From: a virus
Lineage: Duplodnaviria > Caudoviricetes
Length of the DNA stretch: 31,994 nt
IMG/VR virus record: IMGVR_UViG_3300012665_000778
Span: 1 to 31,994 of that record
Direction: 5' to 3' (one strand)
The translations under genes were made by a program, and so were the position numbers. The notes below the pieces were generated by a model. It saw nothing but the letters and a program-made list of their open reading frames with translations. It ran no database searches and had not been told where the DNA came from. The stretch's first letter is position 1. Every line of letters starts with the position of its first letter. Below are positions 8,915-17,671 of this stretch, in pieces.

Positions 8915-9448
8915 ATGGCAGACATTAAAGATATCATACAAAACATAGAACAGATCTACGGGTCTAATAACAGCCTAAGTTTACTTAAAGATTTTGAACG
9001 TGTAATCGACGAGCTAGACGTTTACGTGTTTGATAACTGGATTGACGGTGAGCTGGTGGAAGGACCTAGGGAGTCTCGTTACTTCGTAGAATGCACATTT
9101 ATGTGGCCGGGAGATAAGATGCCCGAGCCTAAAGGCGGCCTCCGACTAATAGATTACGGTTGCAAAGTTAAAGTAGCCGAAGCTAAATTTTCTAAAGTAA
9201 GAAAAATTAAAACACCAGATGATATTCGCCCTGGCACACGCAAGGGGAAAATTGATTTAGTTCCAGTATGGATGGTAAAAATTACCATGCCAAAGAAATT
9301 AATGAATGACATTAATAGAGGTTATACAGAATTAGATAAAAACAAAATTGAAGATATTATTAATGTAAGTGGAGCAGTTAACGCTGATGTTAACCCAGCC
9401 GACCAACAAGCACAGGAAATGGCAAATGCAGAACAACCAGCAGCTTAA
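8915..9448 (+). CDS. Hypothetical phage protein
   Basis: ATG 8915 follows SD GGGAG and is preferred over GTG 8903. Confidence 0.7.
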   Translation: MADIKDIIQNIEQIYGSNNSLSLLKDFERVIDELDVYVFDNWIDGELVEGPRESRYFVECTFMWPGDKMPEPKGGLRLIDYGCKVKVAEAKFSKVRKIKTPDDIRPGTRKGKIDLVPVWMVKITMPKKLMNDINRGYTELDKNKIEDIINVSGAVNADVNPADQQAQEMANAEQPAA

Positions 9449-10160
9449 TGAAGGTCTAAGATCTATGGACTTAGTTGAATTAGTCCATAACAAGATCGAA
9501 ATTGACACTTTTAAATCAAAGATGGGCGAGGACCGCGATGTATGTGTGGTCAGCTTTCAAGTCAAAGATCGCAGCCCTGCCAAAGACTTAATGGAATTTA
9601 TTGAAAAAGGATATCCCTTTGTGTTAGATGCCGATGTTAGCTCAGGAGAAAACACAAATGGTGAATATGCTGTGTTTGTTGAGCTATCAAGAACACCTAA
9701 GTTATCAGAAGAAATTAAAGATTTAATTCATGGCGTTAAAAAATTAACAGGCATTGATGATTTTAAATTCAAATATCATAAACAAAAATCAGAACACGAG
9801 TTAGCAGAAGATACTATTAAACAAGTAATTCCAATGACTCCGGGCGATTATGACGGTCTTATGAGCAAGATGAGAACAGAGTCTGTAAAAAGATTCTTTA
9901 ATAAGACCCTAATGGACGACCTTACCGTAGAAGATAATGTTATTACTATTCATAAACCGTTTGATCATAAGATACAATTACGTTGGTTAAATGAAGATGA
10001 TCCGCAGGCAATCGTAGAAGGTGCTCCGTCTCTTGATCCAGAGTCGTCAGCTGAAACTTTCTGGCTTACTAAAGTATTAGGTGATTACGATATTAATAAG
10101 TTTGGCGATAAGTTGATGTTTACTAACGGCAACACAACTATGTTATTACAAAGGATATAA
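9426..10160 (+). CDS. Hypothetical phage protein
   Basis: Probable start ATG 9426 (MQNNQQLNEG...). Long ORF; no family recognised. Confidence 0.65.
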   Translation: MQNNQQLNEGLRSMDLVELVHNKIEIDTFKSKMGEDRDVCVVSFQVKDRSPAKDLMEFIEKGYPFVLDADVSSGENTNGEYAVFVELSRTPKLSEEIKDLIHGVKKLTGIDDFKFKYHKQKSEHELAEDTIKQVIPMTPGDYDGLMSKMRTESVKRFFNKTLMDDLTVEDNVITIHKPFDHKIQLRWLNEDDPQAIVEGAPSLDPESSAETFWLTKVLGDYDINKFGDKLMFTNGNTTMLLQRI

Positions 10161-10162
10161 TT

Positions 10163-10792
10163 ATGAGTTTTACATTTGATTTCACTAAAGCACAACTAAA
10201 AGATATGATTCCTAAAAATCCCTACGTGGATCAATGGTTTCATGCTATTTCAGAAATACTTCCAGAATACGAAATCAATACTCCGCAACGTGTAGCAGCT
10301 TTCCTAGCACAGTGCGCACACGAAAGCGGAGGGTTTATTTTCTTAAAAGAAAATTTAAATTATAAAGCAGCTAGTCTGCGCAAAGTGTTTCCTAAATACT
10401 TTCCTACAGATGAACTAGCAGCAGCCTACGCTAATAAACCACAAATGATTGCTAACAGAGTTTACGCTAATCGTATGGGCAACGGTCCAGAAGAATCAGG
10501 CGACGGTTGGCAGTTCTGCGGGCGTGGTCTTATTCAGTTAACTGGTAAAGACAACTATACATTCTTTGCAGCATCTTTAGATATCCCTTTAGAGGAAGCC
10601 AGCGAATATTTAGAAACATTTGAAGGCGCAGTTCAGTCAGCGTGTTTCTTTTGGGAAACAAACAATTTAAATCAGTGGGCAGACAAGGGCGACATCCTAA
10701 CTCTAACAAAACGCATTAACGGCGGAACAATTGGTCTAGAAGATCGTATCAAGCATTACAATCATGCACTACATATTTTCGGAGTAGCCTAA
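10163..10792 (+). CDS. Glycoside hydrolase family 19 endolysin
   Basis: AAFLAQCAHESGGF..LKENLNY, GRGLIQLTGKDNY, TKRINGG.IGLEDR. First gene of the lysis cassette. Confidence 0.9.
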   Translation: MSFTFDFTKAQLKDMIPKNPYVDQWFHAISEILPEYEINTPQRVAAFLAQCAHESGGFIFLKENLNYKAASLRKVFPKYFPTDELAAAYANKPQMIANRVYANRMGNGPEESGDGWQFCGRGLIQLTGKDNYTFFAASLDIPLEEASEYLETFEGAVQSACFFWETNNLNQWADKGDILTLTKRINGGTIGLEDRIKHYNHALHIFGVA

Positions 10793-10793
10793 T

Positions 10794-11264
10794 ATGTGGA
10801 TGCTGGCATTTATACCGGATAGTTTTTTTATCTACGTTATCAATGCTATCTTGATTGCAGGTGCAGTCGGTTCTTTTTTATTCTTTTTTGTTTTACACAA
10901 AATACTGCGCTGGTTCCCAGCACTTTCTCCCTACTACCTGATATTACAAATAATCAGCGCAGTCCTTTTAGTAGCCGGTATCTATCTCAAAGGCGGATAC
11001 TCAGTTGAAATGGAATGGCGTGCCAAGGTAGCAGAGCTTGAAGAAAAAGTTCGTGCATCGGAAACAAAAAGTAAAGAAGTCAATACAGTAATACAAAAAG
11101 TCTATATTGACAAAATTAAAACTGTAAAAGATACACAACTTGTGATACAAGAAAAAATCAAAGAAGTTGAAAAAATTATTGACAAAGATTGCAGAGTTGC
11201 ACCAGAAGCTATAGACCTGCACAATGCTGCGGCAAAGAATGTCAAACCGGGAGAGGCTAAATGA
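10794..11264 (+). CDS. Inner-membrane spanin (Rz-like)
   Basis: N-terminal hydrophobic helices, then a coiled coil with a C-terminal Cys. Lies between the endolysin and a lipoprotein. Confidence 0.7.
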   Translation: MWMLAFIPDSFFIYVINAILIAGAVGSFLFFFVLHKILRWFPALSPYYLILQIISAVLLVAGIYLKGGYSVEMEWRAKVAELEEKVRASETKSKEVNTVIQKVYIDKIKTVKDTQLVIQEKIKEVEKIIDKDCRVAPEAIDLHNAAAKNVKPGEAK

Positions 11265-11530
11265 AAACTATTCTCCTATTAATTCCTACTCTGTTGTTAA
11301 CTGGCTGTCTAGGAACAGCACCAGTCAAAAGAAACTTTCCCGAAGCTATTCCGGAAATCATGCAGGCCTGTCCTGAATTAAAAGAAGCAGCAAAAGAAAC
11401 ACAAGAATTAAGCAAATTGCTTGATGTAGTTGTAGTAAATTACAGCACCTATTATGAATGTCGTGTCAAAGTAGATGCTTGGATTAAATGGTATAACGAC
11501 CAAAAACAAAATTTTGACAGTGTAAAATAA
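11261..11530 (+). CDS. Outer-membrane lipoprotein spanin (Rz1-like)
   Basis: Lipobox LLTGC, Pro-rich segment, two further Cys. ATGA overlap with the upstream gene. Confidence 0.75.
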   Translation: MKTILLLIPTLLLTGCLGTAPVKRNFPEAIPEIMQACPELKEAAKETQELSKLLDVVVVNYSTYYECRVKVDAWIKWYNDQKQNFDSVK

Positions 11531-11548
11531 TTTTTGTAAGGAGCGCAG

Positions 11549-12115
11549 ATGGCTAATGTAGTAGACACAGTTTTAAAAATGTTCACAAAGGAAGCAAAAG
11601 ATCCTGATGCACCAAAGCCAGCACCAGGAAGTCGCAGTGAGCGTGAGGCAAAAATCAAAGACAAAGCAGGTATGGTTATTTCTGTATTTGCATTATTCTT
11701 AGCAGTAAATTCATGGTATGGTGGCAAGTTATCTAGCACAGTATTAAACAATACACTCGGTGCTAACAATGCTTGGGCACAATATCAGGCTAAGAATAAT
11801 CGTTTAGTAAGTTATGAAATTGCTAGTAAGACAACTAGCGATCCTGCACTAAAGAAAGAGTTTAAGGCAGAGGCAGAGCGCATGGACAGCGACAAAAAAG
11901 AAATCGCTGTTAATGCACGTAAGATGGAAGCAGATCGTGAACTAGCAAAAAAATCTAGTCCATGGATTGGTTATGCATCAACAGCATACCAACTAGCCAT
12001 TGTTGTTCTATCAGCAAGTATTCTTGCAGTTAGTATGCCGATGTTCTGGGCAAGTTTTGGTGTTGCAGGCGTGGGATTGGTATTATCAGCCAACGGATTA
12101 TTCCTTTGGTTCTAA
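11549..12115 (+). CDS. Membrane protein, DUF4337-like
   Basis: TM helix, then NNAWAQYQAKN coiled coil, then two TM helices (YQLAIVVLSASIL). Confidence 0.6.
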   Translation: MANVVDTVLKMFTKEAKDPDAPKPAPGSRSEREAKIKDKAGMVISVFALFLAVNSWYGGKLSSTVLNNTLGANNAWAQYQAKNNRLVSYEIASKTTSDPALKKEFKAEAERMDSDKKEIAVNARKMEADRELAKKSSPWIGYASTAYQLAIVVLSASILAVSMPMFWASFGVAGVGLVLSANGLFLWF

Positions 12116-12135
12116 ATTAAATAGGAGCGAAAACT

Positions 12136-12654
12136 ATGAGCGAGTATAGAGATATGAGTGATGCAGAAAAGAAAAAGGAAGATTGGATGAACAGTAAATG
12201 GCGTCCAATGATGGGTTGGATGTATATGGTTGTCTGTATGATGGACATGGTTATATTCCCAATCCTATGGAGTTTATTACAAACCCTAACACATAGTCCT
12301 ATTACACAATGGAATCCACTAACACTTCAAGGTGCTGGATTATTCCATATTGCTATGGGCGCAGTTTTAGGCATTGCGGCGTTTGGTCGCACACAAGAAA
12401 AAATGGCAGGAGCAAACAATGGCGGAGCACAAACAACCACCCCAACAAGCAGCTTTACAGCACCTAGCGCACCTGCGTCAGGATTTGGTGCCGCACCTGG
12501 GGGCTTCAGTGCTCCAGCACCAGCGGCAGCACCAGCCACAAGTAGCTTTGGCGGAGGCGGGTTTGGAAGCGTATCTAAGCCGACAACAGCAGCGCCAACA
12601 ATGAGCAGCACAGGTAAACCAATGCCAGTGCAACCTGATCAACCTGAACTATAA
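12136..12654 (+). CDS. Putative holin (GTA 3TM-holin-like) with a low-complexity Ala/Pro/Gly/Ser tail
   Basis: WRPMMGW motif, hydrophobic helices, LGIAAFGRTQEK. Located in the lysis cassette. Confidence 0.7.
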   Translation: MSEYRDMSDAEKKKEDWMNSKWRPMMGWMYMVVCMMDMVIFPILWSLLQTLTHSPITQWNPLTLQGAGLFHIAMGAVLGIAAFGRTQEKMAGANNGGAQTTTPTSSFTAPSAPASGFGAAPGGFSAPAPAAAPATSSFGGGGFGSVSKPTTAAPTMSSTGKPMPVQPDQPEL

Positions 12655-12663
12655 GGAGATATT

Positions 12664-12888
12664 ATGAAACATTTAATTTTTGTAGCAGGCCTAGCATTGG
12701 CCGCAGCATACCCAGCATATGCTGCCGATGATGCCAAAAAAGAAACTAAAAAGGTATGTGTCGATGTAAAAGGCAAAGACGGTAAACCAGAAATGGATAA
12801 AAAGACTGGAAAAGCAAAACAGAGTTGCAAAGAAATTAAGGTGCATAAAAAGCACGAAGGCACAGCAGTTCCTGAGAAGAAAAAATAA
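12664..12888 (+). CDS. Small secreted Lys-rich protein
   Basis: Sec signal peptide ending AYA|A; two Cys; SD AAGGAG. Confidence 0.7.
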   Translation: MKHLIFVAGLALAAAYPAYAADDAKKETKKVCVDVKGKDGKPEMDKKTGKAKQSCKEIKVHKKHEGTAVPEKKK

Positions 12889-12912
12889 TAGCTCAGTAAA
12901 TCTGTATTAAAT

Positions 12913-12942
12913 AAAAGGACTGCTTGACACAGTCCTTTTTTT
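12913..12942 (+). terminator. Intrinsic terminator ending the lysis cassette
   Basis: AAAAGGACTG-cttgaca-CAGTCCTTTT followed by further Ts. Confidence 0.85.
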
Positions 12943-12952
12943 ATCGTATAAT
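12924..12952 (+). promoter_or_regulatory. Perfect-consensus sigma70 promoter for dnaJ-def-clpA
   Basis: TTGACA(12924-12929)-17 bp-TATAAT(12947-12952). The ATG starts 7 nt after the -10. Confidence 0.85.
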
Positions 12953-12958
12953 ATAACT

Positions 12959-13798
12959 ATGGATTATTACTCTACACTAGGTTTACAACGAGGCGCATCA
13001 GACGCTGATATTAAAAAAGCATATCGTAGTATGGCTATGAAGCACCATCCTGATCGCGGAGGTGACGAAAAGAAGTTTAAAGAAATATCCACTGCATATG
13101 AAGCATTGTCTAATCCCGAAAAGAAAAGAATTATTGATCTGGGCGGGGATCCAAATGCTCAACCAGGTATGGGCGGATTTAATCAAGGACCGTTTGAGTT
13201 TCACTTTGGCACAGGCGATTTAAATGATCTGTTTGGCGGTTTTGGATTTGGCGGTTTCGGTCAGCGTCCAATGAATCGAAATAAAACTTTAAATGTTAAT
13301 ATTGAAATTACATTAGAAGATGTTCTGCAGGGAAAAAATATTGATGCAGAAATAGGAATGCCAAGCGGTTCTAAGAAAATGATCAGCATTTCTATTCCGC
13401 CCGGTGTAGAGCACGGACAGCAGATTCGATATGAAGGAATGGGGGATCATGCTATAAAAAATCTCCGCCCTGGTGATCTTATCGTTAACATTGTAGTTAG
13501 GCCTCATCCAGTGTTTAGACGAAACGGTCCTGATCTAACCATAGAGCATCCTATCTCAGTATGGGATGCTATTTTAGGAACTACCCTATCTATTACCTCA
13601 CTGGATAATAAACAATTAGATGTGACTATTCCCCCCGGAACACAACCAGAAACTGTATTAAGTTGTAACAGTCACGGGTTGCCTCATATAAGATCTAAAC
13701 ATCGAGGCAAACTCTTAATAAGATTAAAAGTGACAGTTCCAAGAAATCTGTCTCAAGATATTTTAGAAAAGGTAAAAAACATAAAAGATGGAATTTAA
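12959..13798 (+). CDS. dnaJ: DnaJ-class chaperone (type II/CbpA-like, no zinc finger)
   Basis: J-domain with HPD, G/F-rich linker, C-terminal DnaJ domain. No CxxCxGxG repeats. Confidence 0.9.
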   Translation: MDYYSTLGLQRGASDADIKKAYRSMAMKHHPDRGGDEKKFKEISTAYEALSNPEKKRIIDLGGDPNAQPGMGGFNQGPFEFHFGTGDLNDLFGGFGFGGFGQRPMNRNKTLNVNIEITLEDVLQGKNIDAEIGMPSGSKKMISISIPPGVEHGQQIRYEGMGDHAIKNLRPGDLIVNIVVRPHPVFRRNGPDLTIEHPISVWDAILGTTLSITSLDNKQLDVTIPPGTQPETVLSCNSHGLPHIRSKHRGKLLIRLKVTVPRNLSQDILEKVKNIKDGI

Positions 13799-14282
13799 AT
13801 TAGGGCCTCATGAAAGTCTAATTCAAACCAGCACTCCTTGGAATTTTAATACCGACGGTGATGCAGAAGAGTTAGAAAAATCTATGATAGACTTTATGAT
13901 TAACAGTCACGGAATTGGATTGGCTGCTAATCAAATAGGTATTACAAAAAGAGTATTTGTAATGGGTAGTAATAACATCGAAGGGTTTCCTGCTCCCTTT
14001 GCGTTATTCAATCCAGTTATTAAAGAAGCAAGTTCAGAATTAGTTTTAGATGAAGAAGGATGTTTAAGTTATCCCGGGTTGTATCTTAAAATTAAAAGAC
14101 CTGCATGGGTTGTAGCAGAATATCAAGACAGTAAAGGGAACATTCATGAAATAAAAGTAGATGGTTACCTAAGTAAATGTCTCCAACACGAATTGGATCA
14201 TTTAAACGGTGTATGTTTTGTTGACAGAGTTAGTCAGATGAAACTACAATTAGCTATGAAGAAAATTAGGAAAAAGAAATAA
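13788..14282 (+). CDS. def: Peptide deformylase
   Basis: GIGLAANQ, EGCLS and QHELDH motifs. Confidence 0.93.
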   Translation: MEFKLGPHESLIQTSTPWNFNTDGDAEELEKSMIDFMINSHGIGLAANQIGITKRVFVMGSNNIEGFPAPFALFNPVIKEASSELVLDEEGCLSYPGLYLKIKRPAWVVAEYQDSKGNIHEIKVDGYLSKCLQHELDHLNGVCFVDRVSQMKLQLAMKKIRKKK

Positions 14283-16618
14283 TGATCGAACCAAGCAACC
14301 AATTGCAGGCTATATTTGAATTTTCAGTCGAAACTGCAAAAAAATTAAAACACGAATACATAACCATAGAACACATTGTTTATGGAATTGTTTGCGAACA
14401 AGAATCTTTTGACATGCTAAAGGGGTTCGGAGCAGATGTTGACTTTATCAAAACTAATCTTGAGCATTTTTTAAAAAATAATTTAAATGACATTGTTAGT
14501 CAAACATCGGGTGCTGTAAAACCTAGAAAAACTAATTCTGTTGAGCGTGTTCTAAATCGTTGTTTCACACAAGTATTGTTTAGTGGAAGACAGCGTATGG
14601 AAGTTGCTGATGTTATTATCAGCATACTATCAGAAAAAAATAGTTTTGGTTACTATTTCTTAACAAAGGGCGGATTGACTAAAGAAAAGTTTGTAAAATA
14701 CTTCCAAGAAAATCTAGTCATTGAAGAAGAAACTGGAGAAGAAGAACCTCATAAAATTGTTAACACATCACAATTAGATAAAATCCTTAATCAGTTCTGC
14801 ACTAATTTAAGCCTCAAAGCTAAACAAAAATTAATCGATCCTGTAATTGGTCGAGATAATGAAATTGAAGAAATACAATTAGTCCTTGCTCGTCGTAACA
14901 AGGCAAACGTATTAATGGTCGGTGACCCGGGTGTAGGTAAGACTGCTATTGCAGAAGGTCTTGCCCGTAAGATTCACGAAAAGAAAGTTCCCAAGTTTAT
15001 TCAAGATCACCAAGTCTATACATTAGATATCAGTGCCCTACTAGCAGGCAGCAAGTATCGAGGCGACTTCGAAGAACGTGTTAAGGCTGTGCTCACAGCA
15101 TTAGAACGCAAAGGCAAAATTATTTTGTTCATTGATGAAGCACATATGATGCAGGGTGCCGGTGCTGCAAATCAATCAAGCAACGATATGAGCAACATGC
15201 TTAAACCTATCCTTACTAAGGGTGTGTTGAAATTAATTGCCAGCACTACATGGGAAGAGTATCGCAAGCACTTTGAAAAGGACCGTGCCCTAATGCGCAG
15301 GTTCCAACGTATCACTGTCGATGAGCCTACTCCAGAACTAACAGTTAAAATTATCAAAGGTGTAAGAAAGTATTATGAAAAGCACCATAATGTAAAAATT
15401 ACCGATGCGGCAATTGATCAAGCTGTTAAACTTTCTGTGAAGTATATGAGCGACAAAAAACTTCCAGACAAAGCTATTGATATCATTGACTGTGCCTGTG
15501 CAAGGTATAAACTCAAAGACGATGCTTCGATGGAAGGCGTAGAACAGTTAGTAGACATTGAACAAGTGACCTACGAACTCAGCAAAATGATTAATATGCC
15601 TTTAGAAACTGTAGCACAGAAAGAAAGTAAAAATCTGGCTAGTTTAGAAAACAATATGAAAAATGTTGTTTATGGACAGGATAATGCTGTTGCTACACTA
15701 TTAGATAAAATCTTTGTTGCACAAGCTGGAATGAAAATGCCTGATAAGCCTATCGGAAGTTTCTTGTTCTTAGGCCCGACGGGTTGTGGTAAAACTGAAA
15801 CCGCTAAACAACTTGCAGACAAAATGGGTATGCAATTAATTCGATTTGACATGGGCGAATACCAAGAAAAACACAGCGTAGCAAGATTGATCGGTGCTCC
15901 TCCGGGCTATGTTGGCTACGAAGATAACGCTGGTATGTTGATTACTAAACTACAAGAATATCCTAATTCAATTTTATTGTTAGATGAAATTGAAAAAGCT
16001 CATCCCGATGTAAGTAATATTTTGCTTGCCTTTATGGATAACGGATTTGTTACGGGATCAAATGGTAAAGTAGCAGACGGTCGCAATACTATCCTTATCA
16101 TGACATCAAACTTAGGTGCTGCTGACAATGAACGCAACACTATTGGATTTGGTGAGTTAGAAAGAGAAGGTGAAGATGATAAGGCAATTAAAAAGTTTTT
16201 TGCTCCAGAGTTCCGTAATCGTTTAGATGGTGTAATTAAATTTAACAAATTAGACAGTTCTGTAGTTGAACAGATTGTTAAGAAATTTGTCAGCGAACTT
16301 AATACACAACTCAAAGACAAAGGAATTGAAATTGCATTAGAAACTTCTGCTACTAAATGGTTAGCTGAAAAAGGCTACGACAAGAAGATGGGTGCTCGTC
16401 CATTGGCTCGCTTGATTGACAGCAAACTAAAAACACCATTAAGTCGTAGAGTATTATTTGGCGATCTAGTTAATGGTGGACTAGTAACAGTTTCTGTAGT
16501 CAATAACGAACTAGAATTCTCAGTTGGTGAAATTCCAAAGCCGTTGACCAAAGAAGAGAAAAAAGCTATTAAAGCTAAGAAATCTTTAGAACAGACAGAT
16601 GAAACAGTTCAAAGCTAA
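14282..16618 (+). CDS. clpA: ATP-dependent Clp protease ATP-binding subunit ClpA
   Basis: Clp N-domain, two AAA modules ([16 protein letters not shown]), [11 protein letters not shown] ClpP-docking loop, no ClpB middle domain. Confidence 0.9.
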   Translation: MIEPSNQLQAIFEFSVETAKKLKHEYITIEHIVYGIVCEQESFDMLKGFGADVDFIKTNLEHFLKNNLNDIVSQTSGAVKPRKTNSVERVLNRCFTQVLFSGRQRMEVADVIISILSEKNSFGYYFLTKGGLTKEKFVKYFQENLVIEEETGEEEPHKIVNTSQLDKILNQFCTNLSLKAKQKLIDPVIGRDNEIEEIQLVLARRNKANVLMVGDPGVGKTAIAEGLARKIHEKKVPKFIQDHQVYTLDISALLAGSKYRGDFEERVKAVLTALERKGKIILFIDEAHMMQGAGAANQSSNDMSNMLKPILTKGVLKLIASTTWEEYRKHFEKDRALMRRFQRITVDEPTPELTVKIIKGVRKYYEKHHNVKITDAAIDQAVKLSVKYMSDKKLPDKAIDIIDCACARYKLKDDASMEGVEQLVDIEQVTYELSKMINMPLETVAQKESKNLASLENNMKNVVYGQDNAVATLLDKIFVAQAGMKMPDKPIGSFLFLGPTGCGKTETAKQLADKMGMQLIRFDMGEYQEKHSVARLIGAPPGYVGYEDNAGMLITKLQEYPNSILLLDEIEKAHPDVSNILLAFMDNGFVTGSNGKVADGRNTILIMTSNLGAADNERNTIGFGELEREGEDDKAIKKFFAPEFRNRLDGVIKFNKLDSSVVEQIVKKFVSELNTQLKDKGIEIALETSATKWLAEKGYDKKMGARPLARLIDSKLKTPLSRRVLFGDLVNGGLVTVSVVNNELEFSVGEIPKPLTKEEKKAIKAKKSLEQTDETVQS

Positions 16619-17273
16619 ACAAACTACTAAAAAGTTTTATAACAAGTGGAGTTATAAAGTATCTTTAGAAATCAAAGGAGCCGGAATATTTCGGACGGTT
16701 CCTTTGTCTGAAATGGCCAGTTACTGCGATAAATGCGTGGATACTGGTTATCGAACTTCGACCGAAACAAAAGTATATAATAACAAAGATCAAATTTTAG
16801 AATTATCAAATTTTTTGTTAGGGTATGATTCTAGTTCTTGGTCTAAAAGAATTGAAAATTCTAACATAGATTTTTATACCAACGATCAAAAATTTTACGA
16901 GAATATATCAAATCAATTTAAAGATCATGTTAATCTTCGTTTTGAACCAGATACAAATTCAAACATATTAGATCAACCGCAGGTAATTGTTGGCAAAAAA
17001 TTACCCCACAACAAATATCATTTTAGAGTCTATCTGTTGCCGCATAAAATGAACGGTGACAAAGATGAAAAAGAAAGATTTATCAGTTGGGTAAAAAATC
17101 AAAATTCTAAGATAAGATTAACTAATTCTGTCATTAAATGGTTTATTAACACTGACTGGAATTGGGATCGTAGATACGTTCTTGTAGAAGATGAAGCCAC
17201 GTTGTTAATGTTAAAACTAAGAAATTCGTCAGTAGTTGGCCGAGTTTACAATTATGTAATTTCCGATAAATAA
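16599..17273 (+). CDS. Hypothetical protein
   Basis: 224-aa ORF overlapping the clpA end. Confidence 0.65.
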   Translation: MKQFKAKQTTKKFYNKWSYKVSLEIKGAGIFRTVPLSEMASYCDKCVDTGYRTSTETKVYNNKDQILELSNFLLGYDSSSWSKRIENSNIDFYTNDQKFYENISNQFKDHVNLRFEPDTNSNILDQPQVIVGKKLPHNKYHFRVYLLPHKMNGDKDEKERFISWVKNQNSKIRLTNSVIKWFINTDWNWDRRYVLVEDEATLLMLKLRNSSVVGRVYNYVISDK

Positions 17274-17276
17274 GAG

Positions 17277-17624
17277 ATGTCCACTGAAAACAAAGAATTA
17301 TTATCCGATAAATCCGAAGTAACTACGGGTTTTGTCTACGGTTCAAAAAATAAAGCAGCAGGTTATAATAAGTTTAATGACGGGTTACACACCGTTGTCT
17401 ATGAATTTGATAACTTTGTTGGAGTTGTTAAAATTCAAGGAACCTTAGAGTTAGAACCAGGCGACAATGATTGGGCAGACATTTATAACACTACTGTCAC
17501 AGTTGAAGACAGCACCCCACTTATATCCAACGAAACTGTTAATTTTACAGGCAGATTCGTATGGATTCGTGCCGCATACCGCGTAGATCAAGGCACAATC
17601 CTCAAAGTCCGTTATAATTATTAA
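17277..17624 (+). CDS. Hypothetical beta-rich protein, possibly virion-associated
   Basis: TAAATA at 17267; ends NFTGRFVWIRA...VRYNY. Confidence 0.6.
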   Translation: MSTENKELLSDKSEVTTGFVYGSKNKAAGYNKFNDGLHTVVYEFDNFVGVVKIQGTLELEPGDNDWADIYNTTVTVEDSTPLISNETVNFTGRFVWIRAAYRVDQGTILKVRYNY

Positions 17625-17638
17625 GAGTTAGAGTTCGA

Positions 17639-17671
17639 TAAATATAGTATCACCTCACGAGGAATACTATG
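17639..17671 (+). promoter_or_regulatory. Late TAAATA motif overlapping an RBS/start-codon-sequestering hairpin
   Basis: TAAATA 17639-17644. ATAGTAT(17644-50) pairs with ATACTAT(17664-70); inner CCT/AGG pairing covers the SD. Confidence 0.65.

Noticed and set aside
12420-12620. GC-richer low-complexity stretch with overlapping ORFs on both strands
   Set aside because: It is explained by the Ala/Pro/Gly codons of the holin tail. The alternative ORFs lack an RBS or motifs.
12959-16618. Possibility that the window is bacterial chromosome because of dnaJ, def, clpA, groES and phoH
   Set aside because: These genes are interleaved with baseplate-like, spanin/holin, gp44-like and PolB genes and with T4-late-like promoters, which indicates a phage genome.
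17262-17313. Direct repeat TCCGATAAAT (17262 and 17304)
   Set aside because: Only two 10-bp copies, one being the late promoter context. It is not a CRISPR or iteron array.
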